A stretch of 62,907 nt of DNA, filler included, from Rhabdomonas costata (GCA_019059605.1; 40 parts of 40 records of this genome joined end to end with filler, not necessarily neighbours in it); one strand, 5' to 3'; positions 50,589 through 62,907 are shown, numbered from the whole stretch's first letter. Translations and numbers: made by a program. The notes: a model not told the origin generated them from the sequence alone.

Positions 50589-51401
50589 GCATCGTCTGAG
50601 CCGCCTTCCTCGGGTTCTGGTACTGCACCTGAAGCGGTTTGAGCCGGTCTTTAGCTCGGACAAGGAATTTGTTTGTCTGAGTAAGCGGGACGATCCCGTG
50701 GGCATCAGCCTGGCTCTGGAGGCGGACCCTGTGTGCTGCGGGGATGTGATGCAGCCCCCACCGCTGAACCGGCCGCTACCGCGCGGGAGCAGATCTGAGG
50801 TGTGCAACACAATTACAGGGACAAATGATTTCGCAGGAATGCAGCGGGATTGGGCAAGGCAGTGGTGTCGAGGCTCTGGCAAACATGTGGTCATGTTCGT
50901 GTGGTATGGTCATGCTTGGCAGCCTCTATTGTGTGCATCGTTGGCGACCGTCATACCCAAACGAGGTCGTGCAACACTCTGAATTGAAGTGCGACTGAAT
51001 AGGTCCGTAGTAATGCGGTCTGGATGTGCTGTTCCTGTATTTTAATGATGTTCTGGGCGTCACTCGTTTTTCATGGTTATTCCTTCCGTTTTCAGGCCGT
51101 TGTGCATAACTTCAACGGATACGCCCTTCAGGCGTTTATCACGCACCACGGGGAGGAAGCTGCCCGAGGGCACTACAAGTGTGCTGCTAAACAGCCAGTG
51201 GAGCAGACTTTGGATCCTCAGGGCACGCCTTCAGGCAGCGGGGCTGGGGCCGATTCTGGCAGCACAGCGAATGGGACTGCAGACTGGGTCGAGTACGACG
51301 ATGAATACGTCACCCCTGTGCAGCGCTCGGTTTTGCTGCGGCGTGGGGAAACCATGGCTTACGTGCTTTTCTATGTATTTGAAGCCCTGTTTGCGGAATA
51401 G
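50589..51401 (+). CDS. Ubiquitin-specific protease (C19), C-terminal His box; exons 50589-50799 and 51096-51401
   Basis: LPRVLVLHLKRF, YALQAFITHHG..A.RGHY, WVEYDDEYVT, AYVLFY. Ends in TAG. Confidence 0.92.
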
Positions 51402-52917
51402 GGGGTAGAGATTGCATTCCCAAGTTGTGCGGTGCTTGTCGGTCAGGGATGTGATGTTGCGTGCGGACTGCGGTGTAATGTACGGAGTGCACAGTTTTCT
51501 ATGCACTTGGGGCTTGGGGGCGGCTTATTTGGCGGCTCCTCGCGCTTTAGACCAGTTTGAGCTGTTGCTGTTACCTTCCTTGCTTCCTCTTTTTTCTGTT
51601 GCTTCTGGGGGGGGGACTTAAACTTCGAAGCGATTCATGCCTATCAGGTTCCTTATTGTCATGCAGAACAGTTCTGTCACTTTAAAAACCGGCAATTTCT
51701 GATTCAAATGATTTTTTCCCATAGTCAATATGATTTTGCGTCCTGCTGTGGTTGCAGCCATTTGCCAATCCAGATCAAGCCCCCCAAAGCCTATGAGGGA
51801 CCCCCCTGTGCAAATATAGTTTCTGTTGTCCGTTCCTAAGTCAACGAGGGAACCCCATAGCCTAAAGGGAGCAGCACGAAGGCGCTCAAAGCCCACTAGC
51901 ATAGGNNNNNNNNNNNNNNNNNNNNNNNNNNNNNNNNNNNNNNNNNNNNTTAATTAATTAANNNNNNNNNNNNNNNNNNNNNNNNNNNNNNNNNNNNNNN
52001 NNNNNGGGGGTGGGTGGTGAGCGTTGAGTTTCTGTTAGGTCCGAGGGGTTGTGTGGTGGGTAGGGTCATGGTTGTCAGGAGTGTGGTGTTAGCGTCGTTA
52101 CTGTTAGGTCCGTGGGGTTCATGCTGCGTAGGTCTCAGGTCTCAGGTTGTGTGGGTCGAAGGTCGTTGCGTGGAGGTCCGAGGGGTTGTGGTTGAAGCGT
52201 GAGGGAGGGGTTAGTGCGATGCCAAGCTGAGTGTGTTGCTGTCTTGAGGGGTTACGTGTTCTGAGGCCTTCTTGTTTCGTGGGGTTGAGGGTGTTGGGGT
52301 TACGTGGTGAGTTAGGACATACCTTCTTACCTTACCTTCTCTAGGCCTGCATGCTAAACTTTCGACCGGGCCTGTTTAGCATACCTGAGGGAAGAGGCCA
52401 GGAGTACTGCATGGTGGCACCGGTGTGGGCCGGAAGGCTTCGGTTTAGAGCCACTAGAGGCCATTTCAGGGCCTTTTGGCGGTATTTTTGAGCCCTTTTG
52501 CCTTTACACAGGCTTTCAAGGGCGCTTTTTGGCCCTGGCAGGCCTGCATAATGATAAGAGAAGGAACTGTAGGCTGGCACACCGTCCGCCCCCCTGCACG
52601 CCGGTGTGTCAACAACGATTTATTAGCTATTGTTGGTGAAGGTGGTGATAACTTTTCACGGAAAACTTCGTCCTATTGTTTCCTTGTGTCTGCTTTAAAA
52701 AAGCACAGCTCTAACTCCCGGACTTAAAAGTTATGCGATAGCGGTGGGCCACTTGAGGAGACTCTTCCGCTTTGTAGTGACCTTTCCATTCCAAAAATTC
52801 CATCCAAATTTTACAATTTTTACCACTGTGGCAGGTGGCAGTGTGCCTCTTTTGTTGTGCTAAATTCAAAAACACCTTCTCATCTTGCTCTGCTTCCTTT
52901 TCTCATGCTTTCGAAAG

Positions 52918-53426
52918 GGTGCGATGCCGAAAAGGTGCTGGCCCATCTCAAGGAAGCATTCGGCGCGGCCAAACAAATCAAGGTGTTCTTGGAAGGCATG
53001 CTTCCGGATTCGGCACGGACATTCCTGAACAAAATGGGTCGCCCTTTCACTCTGGACGAGATGGTTCTGCTGACGGAAGTTCCGTTTGGAGCTGTGATGA
53101 CCCAAATCCTTATGCAAACCACTCCGGTTTGCTGTTTGTGTATTTTGGTCCTTCTAGTTTGTGTTCAGCGTTCTATTCTTGCTCGCACGTGCTGCATCCT
53201 GGCTGCCGCATTGACGCAACTCTCTCCACAGGTCCTGCCTCAGGAGGATGTTCTGGAGGAGCTTGCCGAGGCTCACCGGGAGGCGCTTGTGCGCAGTGCT
53301 GCGTCTAAACTTGCTCATCAGAGTGACTCGGTTGTTTTTATGACGCCGCTGGTGCCCACCCAGCTCAGCGCATCGTGGGACTTCGGACCTTCCGTGTCGG
53401 TTTCGGAGGCTACAGGGCATCTGATG
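52918..53426 (+). CDS. Hypothetical protein exons (~52918-53063 and 53232-53426)
   Basis: Coding-like segments bounded by AG/GT (ATG|GTTCTG, CTCCACAG|GTCCTG, ATG|GTTGGT). No family recognised. Confidence 0.45.
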
Positions 53427-56400
53427 GTTGGTACCGGTGGGCTGGTGAGCTGGTTCTTCGAGCGGGTTCGTTTGCAATGNNNNNNNNNNNNNNNNNNNNN
53501 NNNNNNNNNNNNNNNNNNNNNNNTTAATTAATTAANNNNNNNNNNNNNNNNNNNNNNNNNNNNNNNNNNNNNNNNNNNNGTGTTGGGTTGAAATTGCGGA
53601 GATCTCTAAATGTCCAACCAGAAATCTCTGAATGGGACGTAGCATTGGCAAGTTTGTGTGTTGGTAATGTGCTCCGTGCAGGAATTGTATTAAAATCAAA
53701 GGTTTCCTTCGGAAACTTCCCTTTCTCATCTTGCAAGAGGCTGCAGCCACACAAACGCTGTGTTCTTGGCACACGGGAAATGTCAATGCAAGAACATCGG
53801 AGGAAAGCAAACACATGGCGAGCAAAACCCCTTTTGCAGAGGAGCACCCGAAGAAAAACTGGCGCAACCGAGCGAGCGCAACAGCTAAAAATCCAGAGCA
53901 TGATAACACGCGGCCGGGTGGCTCGCCTGACCCGCGTGTGGGGTGCCAAGGGACCGGGGCCTGTCCTCGCCGCCTTGGTGTTGTGTGCGCCGGTCCACCA
54001 CGGGCTCTCCACAGCTGTTCCCCTCCCCTGGGTTGCGGGTGGGGTGGGGGCGTCGGTTCAGGAAATACTCCTTTCCCTCCCCGTCTCACTCGAATCCAAC
54101 CCCACCAGGCTCCGAACCATACCCAAGCCCAAAAACGCTTCTCGATTTCTTCTTCCTTATGGTTCCTCGCTGCCACTTCTGCTCCTGCAAAACTTATCCT
54201 TGGTAAAAGAGTTCCGGAGCACCGTTTGCCTGGGGAGCCTTGGGAAGAAGAGGGCGTGGTTTTCATACACTTCCACATTTTATTCTACCACAGCACCAAG
54301 GTTTGGTGCGGCATAACTTTGGCATAACTTTGTTATGATTCCAATGGATTAGTTAGTTGATGACAACAACATTCATATCATCAAATTTTCTACGTTCTTG
54401 TGTGTCCTCTGTTTTCTGCTAGGTGGTACGACGCCGTTAATACGGTGGCCTCTTGTGTTCACCGGCGCGCCAACCACGGCTTTCTTCATGGCAACTGTTA
54501 TTCTTATTAACGGCAAGAATTTGGTAGATGCTGAAAAGCTGCGCCGCGGTTTGTATTTATGTTTATGGTCATGTTTATTTCATTCGTTCATGTTTATCAC
54601 TTTGTGTTTTATTTCCCCGTGCCGGAATGGCTGCTGTAAGACAACCGCATTCTTCCCCGCAATTGCCTGATTTCACGATAGTCGCGCGGTGCACATCCGA
54701 TGTTTTAAGTACTCCACCCTTTGTGGGTACCTGTGGACATGGCCCTGATCTTGTTTGCATTTCAACAATTGCCTCGCTTCTTGTGGCGTGTGGTCCGAAT
54801 GATTCGGCCTGAGCTACCATGATGTTTGAGCCTCGCTTCATTTCTTCGCAAATACAAATGTTGGTTTTACTCTCTTTACAGATTGTACCTTGCTACAGCA
54901 GGTAAAGATTGAGTGCAGGGCTGCTTGTTTTCCCCGCGCTTAATTCAAAAGCATGCAATTCTGAAGAGCGACCACCAAAGCTTGGTAAGATCTTCAGTGT
55001 TACGTATTTCTAACTTCTTGCTTTCTAATTAGCGCCCGGAATTCCCCCACCACNNNNNNNNNNNNNNNNNNNNNNNNNNNNNNNNNNNNNNNNNNNNTTA
55101 ATTAATTAANNNNNNNNNNNNNNNNNNNNNNNNNNNNNNNNNNNNNNNNNNNNTCAAATCAAACTTTCAGAAATTAGAAATTGAGTCACTCAAGACAAAA
55201 ACACGACAGTCGCAGTCCCTCATCTTGGGTTAGTTGGGCGGCTGTTTTGGTGGTGATAAATGGGTATTGGCAAACGTGTTTTTTAATCTCTGCAGTTAAA
55301 ATGAGATTTGTGTGTGGATGTGCTGCGAACTTCCCCGCTCAACAGGAAGGAGAGGAAGGAGAGGAAGGAAGATAACGATCCACGTCACACGTACGTAGCA
55401 AAGCCTATTGATATTAATGCGCCGGTGTTTGCCCCAGCTTGCTTCCAACGTACTGCTCTTATTCTTGAGATGACGCCCAACCGACCAAGTGGAAGATAGA
55501 AAATAAACCCCCCCTTAACTCTTATCTTCTTCTTCTTAACTCCAATTCTAGCTTTGAGACCTGCTCTAGTTGCGGGTCGGCCCCTAGATCCAAAGGCGGA
55601 TGGGGCGGAAGTGCCTCCCCGATGCAACGGGCCTTCGCCGGTTATGTTCGCGTTTGCGCTTTTTATGCGGGGCGATCTGGGTTGTTGCACACCGCCGTGT
55701 TTGCACTTCCCCGGACCCGCAAAGTACGCCCCGCTTAGGCGAGCGGCTCGGGGCCGCAAATGCCATGAAAACCCGCAGCTCAAGTGCTGTCCTGTGTACC
55801 GGTGTGTACCGGTATACTCGGTGACGGGTTGCCTGCCGGCCCACGCCGCTTGTTGGACTTGGGGCATAAAGGGCGACCGGGACTCCATGCACTGCGTTGA
55901 GCCCGTTTTTTTGCCTTCGAGCCCGGTGTCCTGATTTGCAAAATGTCCCCCGCCGGGATGGCAACTTAAAAACCACTTGGACGCGTACGGAACGCGCCAA
56001 GCAGGCAACCAATCAACCAGCTGCCGTCTTCAATTCAATTGCACTGGATGACAACAAGCAAAAGCACACGACGTACCACAGCGTGGCAAAGTGTGGGCCA
56101 CGGCAACTCGAGGGGAAAAATGTCCAAGAACTAAACTACAAAGAGGTGCCTGAAGAGGAAGACGAACATACAAAAGGCACAGTGCGAGCGACCCCACACC
56201 GTTCATGACGCCACACACCCGGGCACCCCCCTCCCCCCGTCCCTTTCCTCCTGTGCTTCGAGGGGAACACCCCACCACCACGCTCACTGGCACACGAACT
56301 TTATGGAAAATAGGAAAATAAGCTGGAGGGGCAAGAGGCAGGCATAAATGCCATCGAAAAGTCCATGAGAGCAATGCATAGTGAGCGTGTGAGGCGGCCG

Positions 56401-56727
56401 AGGATGAGAGGGGCCGGAGATGGGGCAGCCGGAGGGAAGGGAAGGGACCCTTCCCACTCGGCTGCACGGAAGGACAGACACAGAGCAGAGCCAAGTCGCA
56501 CAGACATACACACGCCTGCACACTCACACACACGGCGAGCAGACTGAGACGGATGCGGCCCACAGATTCGGCAGCAGAGGGTGATTCCCGTACTCCTCCT
56601 TTCCTCCAGCCCACCCAGCAACAACAANNNNNNNNNNNNNNNNNNNNNNNNNNNNNNNNNNNNNNNNNNNNTTAATTAATTAANNNNNNNNNNNNNNNNN
56701 NNNNNNNNNNNNNNNNNNNNNNNNNNN

Positions 56728-56955
56728 GTGGTGTGGGGTGGAGAGGGACGTGAACAAGGCCATGGAGTGGTACCGCAAGGCCGCTGAGCAGGGCCACGCC
56801 GTTGCACAGTGCAATCTCGAAGGTCAGCATAAAGAGCAAAGGCATGGCAATCGATGTGGTTGCTGCCGCGAGATGGTGGACGGCTACGCCCTGGCACAGC
56901 TTAACCTGGGGATGAGATGCTAGTGCGGCCGCGGTGTGGAATGGAACCTGTAGCA
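56728..56955 (+). pseudogene. Sel1-like repeat fragment; second repeat degenerate
   Basis: GVERDVNKAMEWYRKAAEQGHAVAQCNL is a canonical Sel1 repeat. It is followed by GYALAQLNLGMRC*CGRGV with a stop. Confidence 0.75.
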
Positions 56956-57922
56956 TGATGTGAAGTCAGAAGTGTCAGCATAGCACTATTCACCTCTGCC
57001 TGAAAAAGCCCAGGCGAAAAACACAGACGTCTTTGTTTGCTCCCTGTCAAATGTTTGTGCAACCCAACGACTGCTTCATGTTTGTCGTTAATGTTTGTCT
57101 TAAATGTTTTTATTTTTATGTACTAGCTATTGAGCTTTCGTGAACTGGGTTTGCAGCATTTCCATTTCAAGTTGAAAGTTGAAATCGGGAATTGTGTCAA
57201 TATTGTTTTTCCGAGTTCTGAAGAGTGACTACAGCATTCTGGGACAGTGAATGTCAGCGACAAAAAGGTGTTATTGGACCAGATGGTAGAACTGCTGTAC
57301 TGTGCAAGTCATCTCAACGCCGGCGCTTCTTTCCTTAGAAAGAAAAGCCCTGCTTTCAGTAACCAGTTTTGAGTTGAAGTAAAGTTAACCGTAACTATTT
57401 TCACGATGCCCAACCTAGATGCGGTACTTACCACCCTAAAATTTCAGCTGTGTACGGGGTTCAACACGCTTTTAGTTTTGGGTTTTGAGTATCCAAAAGC
57501 ATTTTTTTTCATCCGAAGTGAAGTGAACGGAAATTATTTTCAAGCTTCCAAAGGGATGAGTAGTCTTCAAATTAAGGTTGTTATCCTCAGGTGAGGCAGG
57601 GGTGTTTTTCACTGTACATCTTATTTTTTATACTTTTAATGCACCGTGTAATTCATTGTAATTTTCTTGTGCGCAGGAAATGCAGCAGTGGAAGATGACC
57701 TGCGTGGGGCTCTACCGTTCTCTGGACTGGAGGGAGGGGGTGATTGGATTGACCCGGAATCCAGTAATCCGAAGCCACCCCGTGTTCCGAGAATACTCTT
57801 GATCCAAAATTTCTACGGAATCGGGAATCATAGCTCACGCAACTGAAGCTTTTGCGGGAAGCGAATGGTGTTTCCCCGAGCTTCTTCTTTTTGTGCTTCC
57901 AGGTCACTCTTCTTCACCAACA

Positions 57923-58196
57923 ATGGGTCGGAAGCACTCGGGCTCGGCGGGTCCCATGGGGCTGATTGCGTACGGTCTTTCGGGGGCCATGTTCTGCCTC
58001 AGCCTGATGTACCCTAACGCCTCGGGATACATGACCCCGATCATCCTCATCTTTGGTGGGATCTTCCAGATCATTGCGGCGATCATTGAGCTGTACCGAG
58101 AGGACGTGTTCCACGGGACGGTGTTTGGGAGCATTGGGTGCTTCTGGATTGGGGTCTCTCAGGGGTGCCTGAACCCGTTCTACTTTTGCGGGTGGG
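57923..58196 (+). CDS. GPR1/FUN34/YaaH (SatP) acetate transporter family protein, 5' part
   Basis: GSAGPMGLIAYG (cf. 'ANPAPLGLxGF'), FGGIFQIIAAIIEL, DVFHGTVFGSIGCFWI (cf. 'NTFGxTxFxSYGxFW'). Confidence 0.85.
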
Positions 58197-58712
58197 NNNN
58201 NNNNNNNNNNNNNNNNNNNNNNNNNNNNNNNNNNNNNNNNTTAATTAATTAANNNNNNNNNNNNNNNNNNNNNNNNNNNNNNNNNNNNNNNNNNNNGGTG
58301 TTTTGTTGTCTTCCTGGTCTCCTGGTCGTTTGCGGAAGCAGATCGATTCACACATTCTAAAGCCCTTGCCCATCTCTTCTCTTCTTGAGAACTTTGGGGT
58401 GGTCGCTTTTGTTGCGGGGTGCGTCGATGCGTGTGCCTGTCTGTGGAGCTTGTGTGTCACCCTTGTGGCCTTTCACTGGCCCCCCTGAGCTTGGGACTTT
58501 CCGTTGCTGGCGCATTCCCTCCCCCCCCCCAGCACAGAGAAAAAGTTTCTGGCGCCATAGCCTGCTTTTCAGACCCTTTGGCTCTCGAGCAAATGAGCAA
58601 ATGCGCCACTGCAACCTGCGAAGCCCGCACAGGGAAAAGGACCTCCACAGGACCGGGGCCATCACCGCAACAGCCAGAGCGCTATGCATCCAATCTAACC
58701 ACCCACTCACAG

Positions 58713-58963
58713 CGCTGGCGGTGACCTTTGTGCCCGTTGTGGTGCTCTCCCCGTCGAAGTTCGCGTTCTTCTTCACCACGGGGAACATCTTCCTTCTGGG
58801 CAGCGGAATGCTTCTAGTGGGGCCCGCCGCGCTTGCCCGGGCCATGTTCGACCGCACCCGCGCGGTGGCCTCAGGCCTTTACTTGGGCTCCATGGTGCTC
58901 ACTCTGATCGTGGCACTGTGGTTCGGCTCCCTGATCCTGGTTCTGCTGCTGGTCAGCCTGCAG
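58713..58963 (+). CDS. Got1/Sft2-family vesicle transport protein exon
   Basis: LSPSKFAFFFTTGNIFLLGSGMLLVGP....AMFD.TR..AS.LYLGSMVLTL..AL matches the SFT2 pattern. Bounded by CAG| and |GT. Confidence 0.9.
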
Positions 58964-60159
58964 GTCGTGCGTGCATCCGCTCTGGTGCTTTCGCTTTGTG
59001 GTTTGTTTAGGTTGGGCTTAGGTTGCACTCACTTGTTGGACGCATGAACCCTTTGTGGTGCCGTTTGATACACTGTTTCACTTCAGAGGAGCAGGTAGAG
59101 ACCCCTTTTCAAAAGCAGACTGGTGGGAGCCTCGTGCCATGCGGGCTACTTACCCACCCTCCTGCACCCGCTCTTCTTGCTGTACTTTAATGGGCGTGCT
59201 CTGCAAGGGTACTCTCGCCCCTTAGCTCAGCACTGGAGAACCATAGGGAGACGCCCCCAATCATGGGTTCGCCATTTTGCATAAAGAGATTTTAATATTT
59301 TCCTTTTTGCTTCAAAAGTGAGATCTCCATTAAATAAGAGCATTTTTGGACTTAATCGCGAAATAAAAGAAGAGAGAAACGAAGAAGAAGAAAAGAAGCC
59401 AACTGAGATGAGACTATTGGCTATTGTATTGGCTTGTTCGCCTTGTTGCATTGACGTTCCCCATGTTTGCAATGGTTGGTGTAAAGTTCCGAGTTTTTAT
59501 GAGGGCCAGAGGAATTCTCGCCTTATGGCTGCACCTTCCAAATTTTTCCGAGTTGGCATTGCGGCCAGGCGCCTGTCAACATTGCCCTTTGAGCGAGTGA
59601 GCGGTCGCGGTTTGCATCGTTCACACTGTCTCGGTTTGTGCTGGATGCTGCTGATCACTGAACCTGCATTGAGCAAGTCATTTTTTAAATATCTTTTTTT
59701 TTTACGTTTTTATGCTGCCCGCTTCAGTGCAAAAGTGACTTTTGCTCTGAAGCGGGCAGCACAAAAACGCNNNNNNNNNNNNNNNNNNNNNNNNNNNNNN
59801 NNNNNNNNNNNNNNTTAATTAATTAANNNNNNNNNNNNNNNNNNNNNNNNNNNNNNNNNNNNNNNNNNNNGGGTGTTGGGGCACCTTGGTGTACTATGGT
59901 CCAGCCGAATTCTAGGCCCCCCCGCGCAGGGCAGCCTGTCGGATGCAATGAAAGATGGAGTCGAGTTCCGCTTGGTTTTGGGAAGTTACCCACAGAGGGG
60001 GTCCCACCCAAAAGCTGGGCCATGGGGCCTCCCGGGGGTTCCGGATGTTGGGGCACCTTGGTGTACTATGGTCCAGCCGAATTCTAGGCCCCCCCGCGCA
60101 GGGCAGCCTGTCGGATGCAATGAAAGATGGAGTAGAGTTCCGCTTGGTTCTGGGAAGTC

Positions 60160-61140
60160 ACCCACAGCGAGACAAGATGCCAGAGAACGAGAGGATGGTT
60201 TGAGCCAACGCGAAAAAGGAGGGTCAGGGGCGGCATCGACAAAGAAAGGGGGAAAAGTAAAGAGGCAGAGGAGAGGGTTTGAGTAATGCCGGAAGAGTAA
60301 CGATGAGCACGCTTGGAGAAGGGGCTGCCACAGTTGAACAGGGAGGAAGTGGGGCGGGGTGTGGCGGCGAGAAAGTTGATAAAGGGCAGGGAGCAGGACA
60401 CCCACTTCCGACGCTGGGCGGGCTGCTCATTGTAGCATGCCCAGGAGTTGAAGTAGCCGTCTCATGGAGAAGGGGCGAACTGGAACAGAGAGAAGAACGT
60501 GAAAAAACCTGGCGACCTGCCCTGGGAGATTGTGAATGTGTGAACATGTGGATGTGTCAATGCGTTTTCCCAACCAATTGATGGAAGTTGCAGGAATGGT
60601 ACTGCTCTTCTTGTTCAGCAAGAACCCGGCTTGCTCCAGGAGAAAGACAGCAAAATGCGTGCAGAATGCGAGAAAGTGGGGATCAGGGTGCGCGAGCAAA
60701 ATGTCGTCAATGTATTGCCAAAAACTGTGCAAGAGCAGGTGGAGGGGTGAAAGGGTGAATTGTATGAAGGAGTGCGCAAGAAGTGGACTCCATGACCAGC
60801 CGAACGGGAGGCGGCGTGTTGAGAGATTTCCGATGGGGGACTGAAATGCAAAGGAGCCACGCACTGCAGAGGGAACCTCAATGGACCAAAAACAGTTTGA
60901 TATGTCCAGTTTGGTGAAGAAAACCGCAGTGGTAGACTTGGGGAGCACGAGCTTTTCTAGGCCGGGAAGATGAAAGGGAGGAGGCTGACCAAAAAGCTGG
61001 CAGAAGTGCGCGTTGAAGGCGCGCATGTCGCATATGAGCCGAGCTTTGATTTCTGATTTGTATGTGAGGAAAGTGGGGGCTGCCGAACTGTCAGGAGGGG
61101 AGGGGCAAACAAGGTTTTGCTCACAGAGGGTCCGAAAGAA
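60160..61140 (-). mobile_element. Tyrosine-recombinase-class (DIRS/Ngaro/VIPER-like) retrotransposon RT plus start of RNase H
   Basis: ARLICDMRAFN, PFHLP, FTKLDISNCFWSI, RLPFGWSWSP, YIDDILL, AGFLLNKKS...P...WLG, LLGMLQ*A (TGA where W is expected), then in frame PFFVDAA (RNase H first Asp). Confidence 0.85.
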
Positions 61141-61499
61141 GAGGAGCGTTGCACAGTGGTTTGCCCGGCAATTGGACAAGAGGGCGAAAACGTCCACATG
61201 GTAAGTTTTTAATACAAAATTTAGGTTCAGTTTTTTTGATTGGGGCTTTGCTTGGAAAATCAAAATCACGCTTCCGCTGTACAATGTTTCGACTGCTGCG
61301 GAAGCGTGATTTTGATTTTCCGAGCAAACCCCCNNNNNNNNNNNNNNNNNNNNNNNNNNNNNNNNNNNNNNNNNNNNTTAATTAATTAANNNNNNNNNNN
61401 NNNNNNNNNNNNNNNNNNNNNNNNNNNNNNNNNGGGTGGGGGTTTACAATGCCGCCATTACCGCAGCAGTTACTGCATACACTCTGAGTTGGGAGCGCG

Positions 61500-62521
61500 G
61501 AATGAACCCACAGGCCGCAAGGAACTGTCACGTCCTTCCATGCCCACGTCGGTGCATCAACAAAGGTGAACTGCGCCAGCCGAATGGCACCATACTTCGC
61601 CGGGAGCAGAACACTATAGTGCAACCAAAGGCCTGAGGGCTTCAAACCGCGCTCCCAACTGAGAGTGCATACAATAACTGCTGCGGTTATCGCGGCATGG
61701 TAAACGCCCTTCCCCATTGGTACCAACACGAAGACGTAAACATTGCGGAGCCCATGAAATGAGGGCGAGATAATGTACGTCTGGGTGGCTTTGGCCGTGT
61801 CCATCGCCACCTCACAAAAGGGAAGGAGCACACCGTTGTAAGTAAACGAAGCACTGCTCAGCACTACGGTCTGCACGCCATGGCCCACTGCTGGGACAAC
61901 AAAGCGGATGATCTCGGGAAGGTATATTACCAGAAGCACGGGCAAGGCCGTGGCACCTCCAAGTACCAGGGCAACCTTCTTCCAGCCTGGCCGCTCAGAA
62001 AACGGTACCGAGACAAACTTCCGGCTGCGCAGCATTCGGTACACATCTGTCGGCCTCCGGCCATCAAATGTCTGCAGTCTCTCGTACTGGTTCCGGCGGT
62101 GGCTGAAGTATGGTACTCGGGGGGCCATGCTGGGCCATCGGGGATAGTCTCGGTTCAGCACTCGGGCCCACAGTGAATCCTCCTGGACAAACAGGTTCCA
62201 AAGCCGGCGCACATGCCGAACGCTTCCGTCAAGGTCCACAAAGGGAAGGTAGGTCAAAATCAGAAACACGATATCCATCGGAAGAGCTCGCAGAGGGTCG
62301 GTGTCCCCACGAAAGCATCGCGCGCACACCCGGTGTGGTGTTCTCGCGTCCTGGTCGGGGTTGAAGTACGAGCAGCACCGGTGGCAAAAGCGGTTTCCGC
62401 ACTCCGAACAATGGTACTTCCAGCGAAACGCGGTCAGCTTGCGGTCGCACTGCATGCAACACATCGGGGAATCTGGTCTCCACAGGGCGAGTGCCAATGG
62501 CGACGGGCAAGTGTCAGGCAT
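61500..62521 (-). CDS. FYVE zinc finger plus F-box plus hydrophobic/amphipathic C-terminal protein, intronless, 3'-truncated
   Basis: WRPD..CMQC.RKLTAFRWKYHCSECGNRFCHRC...RVCARC (FYVE); LRALPMDIVFLILTYL..VDL..VRHVRRLWN.....DSLW (F-box); VALVLGGATALPVLLVIYL (TM). CTGTTTTCTTAG lies 4 nt before the ATG. Confidence 0.88.
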
Positions 62522-62907
62522 TGTGCTAAGAAAACAGAGCTGGGATTTGGGCAGATAAGCAGTGTATAGCAGGCCAACGAAACTACTCTGTTGCAGCGCA
62601 TTGCATGAACATAGGAAGCACGTCGTGACAACTCAGTGGTTGGCGGGGGGTGGGGGGCTAAAACCAAATCAGAACCATCAATCGATTTCCTTGAAACGTC
62701 CGGTAAAACGCCACCCCCCGCGCTTCAGTTGAATTCTAAGATGAATTCGAGTCTGACGTCTTTGCGTGGTCTCATATAAAGTGAAAATAAGGAAGCGGTC
62801 CCAACGCTGAAGGTTCATGAAAGCGGCAAGTCACACGACAATCCAAGTATCTTCGCAAAAAAAACAGCTCTAGCTTCGTACCAACACCAAACCAAACACA
62901 CCCACAC

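Noticed and set aside
52611-52635. AACAACGATTTATTAGCTA resembling the 5' half of a euglenozoan spliced leader
   Set aside because: It lacks the conserved CAGTTTCTGTACT core and a following GT donor; probably chance.
53532-54327. Overlapping 200-250 aa ORFs on both strands
   Set aside because: No motifs. At most a short minus-strand exon (~53730-53580) is plausible.

Overview
This is not a contiguous locus. It is about 40 unrelated ~1.46-1.51 kb contigs joined by 39 artificial 100-nt linkers (N44-TTAATTAATTAA-N44, stops in all six frames), so nothing can be inferred across a linker. The DNA is eukaryotic, with GT-AG introns that restore reading frame. It is probably from a euglenozoan, most likely euglenid, protist (inferred from receptor-cyclase-type HAMP/Cache fragments and the transposon mix). 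G/T-only contig starts, near-copies of a whole-genome-amplification primer and fold-back ends point to an amplified, possibly single-cell, library. Recognisable gene fragments: RUVBL1, cystathionine beta-synthase, an ABCC/MRP NBD2, two USP deubiquitinases, an S28 peptidase, an Asteroid/FAM120-like PIN protein, a SatP/GPR1-FUN34 transporter, Got1/Sft2, Sel1 repeats, cyclase-related pieces, and Kelch-TSP1, disintegrin-FAMeT and FYVE-F-box proteins. Mobile elements: Ty3/Gypsy protease, DIRS/VIPER-type RT-RNase H, Merlin/IS1016 transposase and a probable RTE-like LINE end. The best candidate for an unusual system is at 17376-18850, where a decayed Ty3/Gypsy-type integrase C-terminus is followed on the same strand by a possible chromodomain and a DIRS-type DNA N6-adenine methyltransferase domain. 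All family calls come from motif recognition; no searches were run.
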